A stretch of 56,621 bases of DNA from a virus (lineage: Duplodnaviria > Caudoviricetes). The stretch covers positions 1 to 56,621 of IMG/VR virus record IMGVR_UViG_3300030451_004511; one strand, given 5' to 3'. The translations under genes were made by a program, and so were the position numbers. The notes under the pieces are model-generated. The model saw only the letters and a program-made list of their open reading frames with translations, searched no databases and was not told the DNA's origin. Positions 19,796-27,451 of the stretch are shown one piece after another; within the stretch, counting starts at the first letter, position 1; every line of letters starts with the position of its first letter.

Positions 19796-21441
19796 TAAGC
19801 ACTCATCGATGATTTATGTTTAGCACCTTTAGTTAAATATTTTAACTTATCTCTCCAAGATGGAACATGCTCCGGTCGTTCATAGAACGTTGCAAATTCT
19901 GTCATCATTAAACCAATCCACGCCAAGGCATCGACTTGGTCATCATGGGCTCCATTTGGAAAACGTAAAAGTTCTGCAACCATGGTTCCAGTCCAAACAG
20001 CGTCCTTTGGAAAGTATACCATACCTTGTTGCATTCTACCCTGAATTGCACGCGCTCTCGCTTCTTTATCTCTTCGACCTACTTTTAGGTCTTTGAAGTA
20101 TGCTTCGCTTAATCCTCGTTCCCTAGTACGTTTCTGCAAGAAGGGGCCCAAGGCCATTTCAATGTGACCTCTCTCTATGCCTACTATACCCGGGCGCCAA
20201 GTTTCATACAAGTCTAAAATTTGTTCAACTAACTCGAAGCCATCGTATTTACCGCGAACGACATCAACAACATATAAATTGTCATATTCATCAACACCGA
20301 CAACAATACCAACTGAATAATCGTTCCGGTCACGCTGTCCGATCGCAAGGTCCCATGCACAATAGTAATTAAGTTCTGCAGTATCAATTTCATCATATTC
20401 GTAATAACGGATCATGTCTCGGCTAAAGTAATCGCCTTCGTCGGATACTGGATTCTGTTGATACAGAGCAGACCAATCGCGTGGACCGATGGCTTTCCTT
20501 ATCTGCTCGAGCGCATCTACATTATATCTTTCGGGGTGTAAACTTTCACCCTGTTTCCTAAAATTTTCATCGATTTCTGCAATCGCTGGGTACCGAATCA
20601 CTTCCCATTGGTCAGCACCATCTTCGGCTTGCTTTAATAACCTACCCGCCAAATCATCATCGTGCCATCTTGTAAGAATTACAAGTATGCCACCCCCAGG
20701 TGATAGACGTGTATACGCGGTTGATGTATACCAATCCCAGGTCGCTTCGCGGTTGTTATCCGACTCTGCATCTTCACGGTTTTTTACCGGATCGTCGATT
20801 ACCAAAACGTTTGCACCTTTACCCGTAATACCACCACCCACACCAGCGGCTACATAACCACCGCCTTGGGTCGTTTGCCATGATTCTACTGACTGAGAAT
20901 CCTTATCGAGTCTAGATTTTTCGAACACATTTTTATATACTGGTTCTCTAAGTAGTTGACGCACTTTTCTTGAGAAACTCATCGCAAGAGAACCTGAATA
21001 CGAACAACTGATAAACTCGTGATCGGGGTGTCGACCCAAATGCCAGGCAGGGAATGCCACACTGGCCAATGTAGATTTACCATGTCGAGGCGGCATAAAG
21101 AGCATCAATCTAGGTGATTCTTTATTAGCTACTTGTTCGCTAAACTTTTCGAGCCGCTGACAAATGTCTTTGTGTACCCAGCCTGCTAAATAATCAGGAT
21201 TAAAACGTTCAACAAATGGGAGTAACCTTTTACGTGATAAGATTCTTTTTGCTAGTTCTTGTTCCGCTTTTACTTGTGCGGATAAGTCTACTCGTTTCTT
21301 TTGATCCTGTTCAGACTTCGACTGGGGCTCGGGCACTTTTTCAACCTCGTCTGCCCTACAATAGACACATATATCATCGACCAAAATAAGCGTTTCGGGA
21401 TAGAGGCCTTTACAGCGTTTACACTCAGTCTTGTTCGTCAT
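19795..21441 (-). CDS. terL: Terminase large subunit
   Basis: Walker A MPPRHGKS, Walker B VIDDPVK, nuclease AWDLA...HDDQVDA. Confidence 0.93.
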   Translation of the reverse strand: MTNKTECKRCKGLYPETLILVDDICVYCRADEVEKVPEPQSKSEQDQKKRVDLSAQVKAEQELAKRILSRKRLLPFVERFNPDYLAGWVHKDICQRLEKFSEQVANKESPRLMLFMPPRHGKSTLASVAFPAWHLGRHPDHEFISCSYSGSLAMSFSRKVRQLLREPVYKNVFEKSRLDKDSQSVESWQTTQGGGYVAAGVGGGITGKGANVLVIDDPVKNREDAESDNNREATWDWYTSTAYTRLSPGGGILVILTRWHDDDLAGRLLKQAEDGADQWEVIRYPAIAEIDENFRKQGESLHPERYNVDALEQIRKAIGPRDWSALYQQNPVSDEGDYFSRDMIRYYEYDEIDTAELNYYCAWDLAIGQRDRNDYSVGIVVGVDEYDNLYVVDVVRGKYDGFELVEQILDLYETWRPGIVGIERGHIEMALGPFLQKRTRERGLSEAYFKDLKVGRRDKEARARAIQGRMQQGMVYFPKDAVWTGTMVAELLRFPNGAHDDQVDALAWIGLMMTEFATFYERPEHVPSWRDKLKYLTKGAKHKSSMSA

Positions 21442-21946
21442 TGGCGGGCTCTAAATATTTGGTATCTGCTCCTGCAAGTTTTAATAGTTCCGCATCTGAT
21501 AGTCTTTCTAATTGTTGTACCTTATCTACATTGATATTTATTTGAGTTGCGTTTTCAGGCATAAATAGACCGTGGAGCTTGCATAACGAATCGACAACAT
21601 TCTTTTCTTCGGTCGCGGTCGCGGATTTGCGGTGCGCTTCTAAATACATACTGGTAGCTGTGTTCTTATCGAACTTAACTTCTTCGCGCATTTCATTACG
21701 CAAATACTGTAGTGCCTTTTGTACTTTGTCAGTTTTGAAGAGCGAATAAACACGGTCAACATCTCTGTACCCCGCAGCACGGCCCGCGGCCGCTTTGGTC
21801 ATTCCCCGTAAGTGAAATAAAATCAATCTTTCTTCTTGAACCGAAAGCTCGTTCAGATGTAAACCTGCATAGGGTAGGTGAGATTGAAACTCAGCTCTAT
21901 CCTGCTCGGTAACTTCTGTAGGTCTGTCCTCGTCTAATAAACGCAT
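21425..21946 (-). CDS. Putative terminase small subunit
   Basis: HTH-like GMTKAAAGRAAGY; directly upstream of and overlapping terL. Confidence 0.6.
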   Translation of the reverse strand: MRLLDEDRPTEVTEQDRAEFQSHLPYAGLHLNELSVQEERLILFHLRGMTKAAAGRAAGYRDVDRVYSLFKTDKVQKALQYLRNEMREEVKFDKNTATSMYLEAHRKSATATEEKNVVDSLCKLHGLFMPENATQININVDKVQQLERLSDAELLKLAGADTKYLEPANDEQD

Positions 21947-22152
21947 GTAATTTGAATTATATTAGAAAGATCCTACATTTGTCACTCGAAATTTTTTTGT
22001 GAAAATTTTTTTTGAAAAACACTTCACATATCACTGATCCATTCTCTCCCCCCTCGTCTCTAGCACACCCCCCTCTCCCTTTTTACATTTTGGAACCTTG
22101 TTTCTATTTTTCTAGCCTGGAACCTTGTATCGATTTCCGTGTAGATTGTTTC

Positions 22153-22186
22153 GTCTCGCTCCCACCGTCGCTCGACAGTTGTCTAT
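22153..22186 (+). promoter_or_regulatory. Hairpin-box element H1
   Basis: GTC-TC-GC-TC-CCACCG-TC-GC-TC-GAC then AGTTGTCTAT, upstream of the SD/ATG at 22214. Confidence 0.6.
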
Positions 22187-22213
22187 CATGTTTAAATAAT
22201 ATAGGAGATATAT

Positions 22214-22477
22214 ATGACTAATACAACATACTTAACAGTTACTAAAGGACTCTATGGATTCATGGTTGTTCAAGTCTGGACAGAACTAAATAGTGAGGAT
22301 GAAAATGACATCTTCGCTGAAAGAGAAATAGTACATACAGAACGCCTAGGCGGAGACATGCACTATCAGTTCGATACCGAAGAAGAAGCAATACTTAACT
22401 TCGAGAACTGGGCAGGAGATAACTGGGAAGACACTCCAAGGGCTTGGCTAGAAGGAAAAGACTACCCAATGTCCTAA
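22214..22477 (+). CDS. Early hypothetical protein (acidic)
   Basis: 87 aa; AGGAG SD. Confidence 0.7.
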   Translation: MTNTTYLTVTKGLYGFMVVQVWTELNSEDENDIFAEREIVHTERLGGDMHYQFDTEEEAILNFENWAGDNWEDTPRAWLEGKDYPMS

Positions 22478-22481
22478 GAAA

Positions 22482-22514
22482 GTTTCGCTCCCCTGTCGCT
22501 CAACGGCTGTACAT
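22482..22514 (+). promoter_or_regulatory. Hairpin-box element H2
   Basis: GTT-TC-GC-TC-CCCTG-TC-GC-TC-AAC then GGCTGTACAT. Confidence 0.6.
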
Positions 22515-22583
22515 GGGGAGTAAATTAACTATCTACTATCATCTGATATTAGATAATAACCGGCGAAAGCCAAGGAAATCGAT

Positions 22584-22862
22584 ATGAAAATCGTAAATAA
22601 CACTGTTAAATTATGTGGTAAAGCTACCCGCATAGTTGTAGATAACAGCCTTAAAGTAGCTAAATATGTAGCAGTTAAGTCTGTCCCTGTAACCCAGAGA
22701 CTAGCAACTAACTTCGCAGAAGGATATAACAACAATCAAGTTGTTCTACCTAAACATCCTAAATCTACTTCCTCAGAAGAACCTGGGGAGGTAGGTATCT
22801 GTAACATCTGTGAAGGACCATACGTTGATGGCCACTGCACTACATACAAGTGTTGGAGGTAA
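22584..22862 (+). CDS. Early hypothetical protein with a C-terminal Cys4 motif
   Basis: CNIC...HCTTYKC; AAGGA SD. Confidence 0.65.
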   Translation: MKIVNNTVKLCGKATRIVVDNSLKVAKYVAVKSVPVTQRLATNFAEGYNNNQVVLPKHPKSTSSEEPGEVGICNICEGPYVDGHCTTYKCWR

Positions 22863-22864
22863 TT

Positions 22865-23008
22865 ATGAGTAGAGATGCATTAATCATATTCGCAGTCATC
22901 TTCATCGGCTTTGTTATGCCAGCCTGGCTATACACGATGTATCAAATCCATCCTGAATATGGATTCTTTATTACAGATGACTTAATCCGTCGAGCATTCG
23001 GAGGATAA
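22865..23008 (+). CDS. Small membrane protein (47 aa, not in the ORF track)
   Basis: MSRDALIIFAVIFIGFVMPAWLYTMY...; GGAGG SD. Confidence 0.6.
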   Translation: MSRDALIIFAVIFIGFVMPAWLYTMYQIHPEYGFFITDDLIRRAFGG

Positions 23009-23010
23009 TC

Positions 23011-23196
23011 ATGAGAGATAATCTATTAACTCTTACTTACAAAGCTAAGCACCCCATCAAGGGGCGCTTAGTCTTTTTTATAACAGACGTCTGTTTTTAC
23101 ACGGCAATCATAGTAGGATTCATACTATCATTGCCAATTACGTTACCCATACTATTCTTTCTATGGATAACCAAAGACTTTAGGTCTGATTTATAA
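23011..23196 (+). CDS. Small membrane protein
   Basis: Hydrophobic C-terminal half; GGAGG SD. Confidence 0.6.
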   Translation: MRDNLLTLTYKAKHPIKGRLVFFITDVCFYTAIIVGFILSLPITLPILFFLWITKDFRSDL

Positions 23197-23206
23197 GGAG
23201 ATAATT

Positions 23207-23407
23207 ATGAAGTGGTATTTTTACCTCATCCTCGCTCCTCGCATGTTACTTCTTCGTCCATTCGAATCCTTCAAAGATTTAAGGAACGTTTGGAGAAGAG
23301 GGCTTCAAGCTGAATTCACACGCGAGTATCGAGCTATCCGCAAGGATGACATTATGCCTTTCTGGTACTGTGTCTACACAGCACTAGGCAAATGGGATTT
23401 ATTATAG
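23207..23407 (+). CDS. Early hypothetical protein
   Basis: 66 aa; AAGGAG SD. Confidence 0.6.
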   Translation: MKWYFYLILAPRMLLLRPFESFKDLRNVWRRGLQAEFTREYRAIRKDDIMPFWYCVYTALGKWDLL

Positions 23408-23419
23408 GAGTTTCATATC

Positions 23420-23450
23420 GGGGGGCTATCACAGTCCCCCCTCCTTCTTT
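23420..23450 (+). terminator. Possible intrinsic terminator
   Basis: GGGGGCT-ATCAC-AGTCCCC hairpin followed by a pyrimidine tract. Confidence 0.4.
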
Positions 23451-23548
23451 CACTCGGACAGGGTGTGCTTACTACTATCATCACGAGCGGAGCGAGTGTG
23501 CGACAGTGTGCGACGGACCCTGGACAGCGGTCCACGTGTGCTGTCATG

Positions 23549-23848
23549 AAAATGTTCCATCGGTTCCACGTAAAAACCCCCTTGTGGAACCAACTAATGG
23601 AACCACGTTTTCATCAGTAACCGTGCGGGCTGGCAAGGCGTGCGGAGTACTCTGGTTCCACGGTTCCATCAAAAACAGGTTATGTTATAAAACAGAAGTC
23701 GACCGTCGACCGTGAACCATGAATTTTTGTTAACCAAAAAGTACTGGAACCAATGGAACCAAACTCGCAAACGCAGTAACCACGCGGAATATTCTGGTTC
23801 CACGAGCCATTTTTTACGTGGAACCAAGCGGAACCAGTGGAACATTTT
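23549..23848. repeat. Palindromic array of 12 GGAAC(C)/(G)GTTCC iterons; candidate replication origin
   Basis: 7 forward and 5 reverse copies, mostly in pairs; outer arms are imperfect reverse complements. Confidence 0.65.
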
Positions 23849-23849
23849 T

Positions 23850-23884
23850 GGTCACCTACGTCCCTCCGGTGACCGGCTATTCAT
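23850..23884 (+). promoter_or_regulatory. Hairpin-box element H3
   Basis: GGTCACC-N11-GGTGACC then GGCTATTCAT, upstream of the SD/ATG at 23912. Confidence 0.5.
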
Positions 23885-23911
23885 AAGAATTAAATAATTT
23901 AGGAGATAAAT

Positions 23912-24100
23912 ATGAAGAAAGAAGAAATAACTTACGCTTATTGCGAGGCATCAAACTGCCCAAACGCTCTTCACGACGAAAAGCACGGCAAAGCCCTCAA
24001 CCCAAGCTACTGCCTCGATGTAAATTCTACCACCGAGGAGCAGCACGAACCAAGATACTTCTGCCTACCTTGCGCTTACAGAAGCGGGGCAGTAGTTTAA
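23912..24100 (+). CDS. Small Cys-rich (zinc-finger-like) early protein
   Basis: CEASNC...CLPC; AGGAG SD. Confidence 0.65.
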   Translation: MKKEEITYAYCEASNCPNALHDEKHGKALNPSYCLDVNSTTEEQHEPRYFCLPCAYRSGAVV

Positions 24101-24109
24101 AGCTCAGTC

Positions 24110-24145
24110 AGCCACCCTTCTCCGGCGGGGTGGCTGGGTGTTTAT
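24110..24145 (+). promoter_or_regulatory. Hairpin-box element H4
   Basis: AGCCA-CCCTTC-TCC-GGCGGG-G-TGGCT then GGGTGTTTAT. Confidence 0.65.
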
Positions 24146-24170
24146 GTTAAGTAAAAATATAGGAGATATT

Positions 24171-24332
24171 ATGAAAATTAGTGAATGTGATGCATGTGGT
24201 GAAGTAAGAGAGTTAGAAGAGTTGGTAGTTGAAAGTGAGATGTATGGAAGTTGTAGGGAATATAATTTAGGTTTTGTGTGCCAAAAGTGTAGAGAAGATA
24301 AAGTTATTGTTAATGAATTATTGGAGGGGTAA
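24171..24332 (+). CDS. Small zinc-finger-like early protein
   Basis: MKISECDAC...CQKC; AGGAG SD places the start at 24171. Confidence 0.65.
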   Translation: MKISECDACGEVRELEELVVESEMYGSCREYNLGFVCQKCREDKVIVNELLEG

Positions 24333-24595
24333 TGATGTGTAGAGTTAAATTTATTAGAGAGCCTAAGGAGCCCAATGATGTATATATTGGGCGAGGCTCT
24401 AAGTGGGGCAATCCCTATCGCATCGGCGTGCATGGCTCGCGCGATGAGGTGATTGCCAAATATAGAGATTATCTCGAGAGCAATGAGCATTTAAAGTGCT
24501 CATTGCCTGAGCTAAGAGGTAAGAATTTGGTTTGTTATTGCAAGCCAAAAGCTTGCCATGGTGATGTATTAATGGAATATCTAGCCAACTCCTAA
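24332..24595 (+). CDS. DUF4326-family protein
   Basis: VYIGRGSKWGNPY...LRGKNLVCYCKPKACHGDVL. Confidence 0.85.
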   Translation: MMCRVKFIREPKEPNDVYIGRGSKWGNPYRIGVHGSRDEVIAKYRDYLESNEHLKCSLPELRGKNLVCYCKPKACHGDVLMEYLANS

Positions 24596-24617
24596 CGGAG
24601 ATTGGCTGGGTGTTTAT
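24583..24617 (+). promoter_or_regulatory. Hairpin-box element H5
   Basis: AGCCAA-CTCC-TAAC-GGAG-A-TTGGCT then GGGTGTTTAT. Confidence 0.65.
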
Positions 24618-24714
24618 GTGTGCAAAAATTAAGATAGGTAGTTGTATTTACGCTCTGCTAGCAAGAGAAGTGTTCCAAGTACAACAATACTAAAATTAAT
24701 CCAGGAACCGATTC

Positions 24715-24749
24715 AGCCACTAGCTACCGCTAGTTGGCTGGATGTTTAT
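24715..24749 (+). promoter_or_regulatory. Hairpin-box element H6
   Basis: AGCCA-CTAGC-TACC-GCTAG-T-TGGCT then GGATGTTTAT. Confidence 0.65.
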
Positions 24750-24929
24750 ATTTTAAAAGGTTGAAGTCTCACCGGCTCCTTAAGAGAAGGATAAAGCTTT
24801 GTTTAAAAGGTGGGCCGAGGGGTTACTAAATCCTAGAGTAACTCAGCGAAACTCAGCATGAGAAGGTGGAGGTTTAAATCCCTCAAGATTTCCGATCGAG
24901 CCGACGTTAAGGCCCGGGTAAATTATTCT

Positions 24930-24964
24930 AGCCACTCCCTAACGGGAGTTGGCTGGATGTTTAT
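24930..24964 (+). promoter_or_regulatory. Hairpin-box element H7
   Basis: AGCCA-CTCCC-TAAC-GGGAG-T-TGGCT then GGATGTTTAT. Confidence 0.65.
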
Positions 24965-24988
24965 ATGAACTAAAAATTGGAGATTGAT

Positions 24989-25345
24989 ATGAATCGTCGA
25001 GAGTTTTTAAAATTACTAATTGGTAAACAGGCGCAAGCCAAGGAGGACATTATGTCATTTACCACAAACTATGCCCCATCGCAGGGCTACTCGCTGGTTG
25101 TCACACCAAAAGGCAACCTTATGTTAAACGCTACCAGAATCAACCCTGGTGCTGACAAAAGTCCAGACGCAAGAGCAACCTTGCCGATGGATCAATTGTT
25201 TGAATACGCTTACGTCAAACCAAATGGCGCTGTCGTAATCAAACAAGTCGGGCAGATGGAATTTACTTTCTATCCTGCAGAGAGAAAAGCTCAAGCTGAC
25301 ATTGTTCAGCCTGAGATCTCTCTCGACTCAGCGTCTAACGCTTAA
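24989..25345 (+). CDS. Early hypothetical protein with two in-frame starts (24989 and 25052)
   Basis: GGAG before 24989 and AAGGAGG before 25052; followed by a terminator. Confidence 0.7.
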   Translation: MNRREFLKLLIGKQAQAKEDIMSFTTNYAPSQGYSLVVTPKGNLMLNATRINPGADKSPDARATLPMDQLFEYAYVKPNGAVVIKQVGQMEFTFYPAERKAQADIVQPEISLDSASNA

Positions 25346-25350
25346 CCTCT

Positions 25351-25373
25351 GGGGGCTTCGGCCCCCTTTTTTT
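25351..25373 (+). terminator. Intrinsic terminator
   Basis: GGGGGC-TTCG-GCCCCC followed by T7. Confidence 0.92.
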
Positions 25374-25454
25374 AATATCTTTTAATAAGACACACTGCGT
25401 GTGTGTTTTTTATTTTGGTCCAGAGGGGTGTGCGCAGTCTATGTGCTCAGAAAA

Positions 25455-25487
25455 GTTTCGGTGCTCCGCACCTCAACGGTTGTTTAT
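25455..25487 (+). promoter_or_regulatory. Hairpin-box element H8
   Basis: GTT-TC-GGTGC-TCC-GCACC-TC-AAC then GGTTGTTTAT; lies after a terminator and before the SD/ATG at 25514. Confidence 0.7.
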
Positions 25488-25513
25488 AAATAATAATATT
25501 CCATGGAGGTTAT

Positions 25514-25657
25514 ATGGAAGAAAAATATATTGACGAGTCAATTCGTCGAGAAGCGAGTGATTATTTGTACATACCTGAGTTGAAGAACTCAGAAGTGTTG
25601 CAAGTAATTGCAAATAGAAACCAACACTCTAAACCACAAGGAGGTAAACATGAGTAA
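25514..25657 (+). CDS. Small hypothetical protein (47 aa, not in the ORF track)
   Basis: MEEKYIDES...; GGAGG SD. Confidence 0.55.
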   Translation: MEEKYIDESIRREASDYLYIPELKNSEVLQVIANRNQHSKPQGGKHE

Positions 25658-26432
25658 AGGTGCAGATATATTCGATCCAGCAGATGTTGAGATCGAGATC
25701 GATATGGCGAACGGTGAAAACGGTGAGTTACTGCCAACGCAGGACACTCCCGAAGAAGCGTTCATTCCCGATACCATCGGTGATCCAGTAGGTTCTGACA
25801 ACAGATCCGAACAAGATGACATCGTTCTACCTGACTATTTCTACAAGAAGTATCAGCTAGATAACGAAGGTAATCCTACGTTCAATGCTGGCAGAGTCGG
25901 CGGTATTATGAAAATCTTTGACGAAAAACATGGTACGCCAATGACATTCAACAAAGACAACGAAGAACTTGCTGAGAAAGAGCAAGCATACTTCGAAGGT
26001 CAAGTTGATTCGATTGTTCTTGGTATGTCACCATTACTTGAAGTCGAGCCTCAAGCAACTGGCATCAACTTTTTACAGTTGGCTACCAGAACTTGGGCTG
26101 AGTTTGTATCTGTTGTCTTTGAATACAAAGAATCAATGGCAGAATCAGATCCAAGCAAAGAGATACCTGATTGGCTCTGCGAGCGTGAAGACAAAATGCT
26201 TCAGCTCGGTAGGAAGTCAAGATTGTTATCTTCTGCATTGGAAAAGCTCGATGATAAGTTTGGGCTCAAAGATGTCTCAATCAAAGCAGATAGAGTAAAA
26301 ACTCAAGTCGAGCTAAGATTGCAAAGACTTGCGGAGTGGAACTACAAAAATCTGGTAGACACTTCCAAGTTCAGCGCTCGTGTTATGACGCGTGATGCAA
26401 ATAGCGCGATGGACGTATCGGACGTAGCATAG
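25650..26432 (+). CDS. Acidic hypothetical protein
   Basis: Start MSKGAD after AAGGAGGT; 260 aa. Confidence 0.75.
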   Translation: MSKGADIFDPADVEIEIDMANGENGELLPTQDTPEEAFIPDTIGDPVGSDNRSEQDDIVLPDYFYKKYQLDNEGNPTFNAGRVGGIMKIFDEKHGTPMTFNKDNEELAEKEQAYFEGQVDSIVLGMSPLLEVEPQATGINFLQLATRTWAEFVSVVFEYKESMAESDPSKEIPDWLCEREDKMLQLGRKSRLLSSALEKLDDKFGLKDVSIKADRVKTQVELRLQRLAEWNYKNLVDTSKFSARVMTRDANSAMDVSDVA

Positions 26433-26450
26433 TCTAGGTTCGCATCTACC

Positions 26451-26487
26451 CACCAACCTACTTACTCGGAGTTGGTGGGGTGATGTA
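26451..26487 (+). promoter_or_regulatory. Divergent hairpin-box element H9
   Basis: CACCAAC-N13-GTTGGTG then GGGTGATGTA; weaker box match. Confidence 0.35.
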
Positions 26488-26667
26488 AAAATTGTGGGGA
26501 GTAGGGGTTGGTTACCGAACACCCAGCTGGGAGATGAAAAGGTCCCAGCACCGATATAAGGACGAGGGTTTTATTAGTTATTTTTATCCCTTCATTGACG
26601 AGCGTGGTTCACTCCAGTCCGCAAACGAACCACCTATAATTATTTTTTAACACTCGGAGGTGTGCAC

Positions 26668-27048
26668 ATGGGATTAGATATGAATGCAGGTTGGGTCAAC
26701 GACGATAAAAAAGAAGATGTCGTTGAGTTTCGTTGGAGAAAACATGCCAAGCTACAAGAGTTTATGCGTCAGCTTTGGTATCAGAAACAAGGTAAAGAGG
26801 CACCGGTAGGTGTAATGGGTTGCGATTTCAACTGCGAGACTCTTTACTTAGATGAAGTCGATATTCATGAGCTCAAGCAGAAACTAGAAACTTTTACTTT
26901 GCCACAAGCAAAGGACGGTTTCTTTTGGGGACAAGAGTATCAAGACGACAGCGCCCGTGAATCGGTGACCTATGACCTTGATTTTTGTACCAAAGCCCTT
27001 GCTTGGTTACAAGAAGGTCGTAAAGTTTGGTATAGTTGTTGGTGGTAA
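26668..27048 (+). CDS. Conserved phage hypothetical protein
   Basis: MGLDM...WRKHAKLQEFM...FNCE...GFFWG...VWYSCWW, a pattern seen in many phages. Confidence 0.75.
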   Translation: MGLDMNAGWVNDDKKEDVVEFRWRKHAKLQEFMRQLWYQKQGKEAPVGVMGCDFNCETLYLDEVDIHELKQKLETFTLPQAKDGFFWGQEYQDDSARESVTYDLDFCTKALAWLQEGRKVWYSCWW

Positions 27049-27070
27049 CACCAGGAGGTCAAAAACCATT

Positions 27071-27271
27071 ATGACACAGTATTCTGAAAAGGTTGCAAAA
27101 CGCAAAGAAGAGCTCAAACAAGAAGAGCTAGCTAAAAAAGTACACGCCATAGAGATAAGGTCAGGTCGTATCCAGACCTGGTATAAAGATGGGCGTGTTG
27201 TAACTGAGTTTCCTCGCGATAAGAGGAAAAAAACTACAGTTGAGTATAGAAATGTAGGGAGACAACTATGA
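27071..27271 (+). CDS. Hypothetical protein
   Basis: Start MTQYSEK after AGGAGG. Confidence 0.65.
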   Translation: MTQYSEKVAKRKEELKQEELAKKVHAIEIRSGRIQTWYKDGRVVTEFPRDKRKKTTVEYRNVGRQL

Positions 27272-27444
27272 GCAAACTCAAAGATCTCATGCTAGATATC
27301 GATGCCCATGCCCAGACTCTCGTCGATGAGGGTTATAACTTTTATGAGTTCATGCAAGCCATGACTAAAAAGTATGGAGACATGGGTGGTGCCTATGCCG
27401 AACAGCTATGGAAAGAGCATTGGCAAGACCAATCATCTGATTAA
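27268..27444 (+). CDS. Hypothetical protein (58 aa, not in the ORF track)
   Basis: MSKLKDLMLDID...; GGAG SD; ATGA overlap with the upstream gene. Confidence 0.65.
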   Translation: MSKLKDLMLDIDAHAQTLVDEGYNFYEFMQAMTKKYGDMGGAYAEQLWKEHWQDQSSD

Positions 27445-27451
27445 CCGAACG

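Noticed and set aside
2099-21534. Numerous plus-strand ORFs opposite the structural genes, and equivalent antisense ORFs elsewhere
   Set aside because: They are shadows of long, motif-bearing genes on the other strand and have no recognisable motifs.
23549-23848. CsrB-like GGA sponge RNA
   Set aside because: The motif occurs in both orientations with dyad symmetry, which fits dsDNA binding sites better.
23392-23897. ORFs 23392..23715 and 23712..23897
   Set aside because: No SD; the translations mirror the GGAACC repeats and overlap the candidate origin.
24865-24885. tRNA T-arm or hammerhead ribozyme
   Set aside because: GGTTTAAATCC lacks TTC and has no cloverleaf context; no CUGANGA core accompanies the nearby GAAAC.
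22153-25487. CRISPR array or intrinsic terminators as the explanation for the H elements
   Set aside because: Copies are non-identical, irregularly spaced and separated by genes. They lack U-tracts, several fold poorly on the RNA strand, and H8 follows a genuine terminator.
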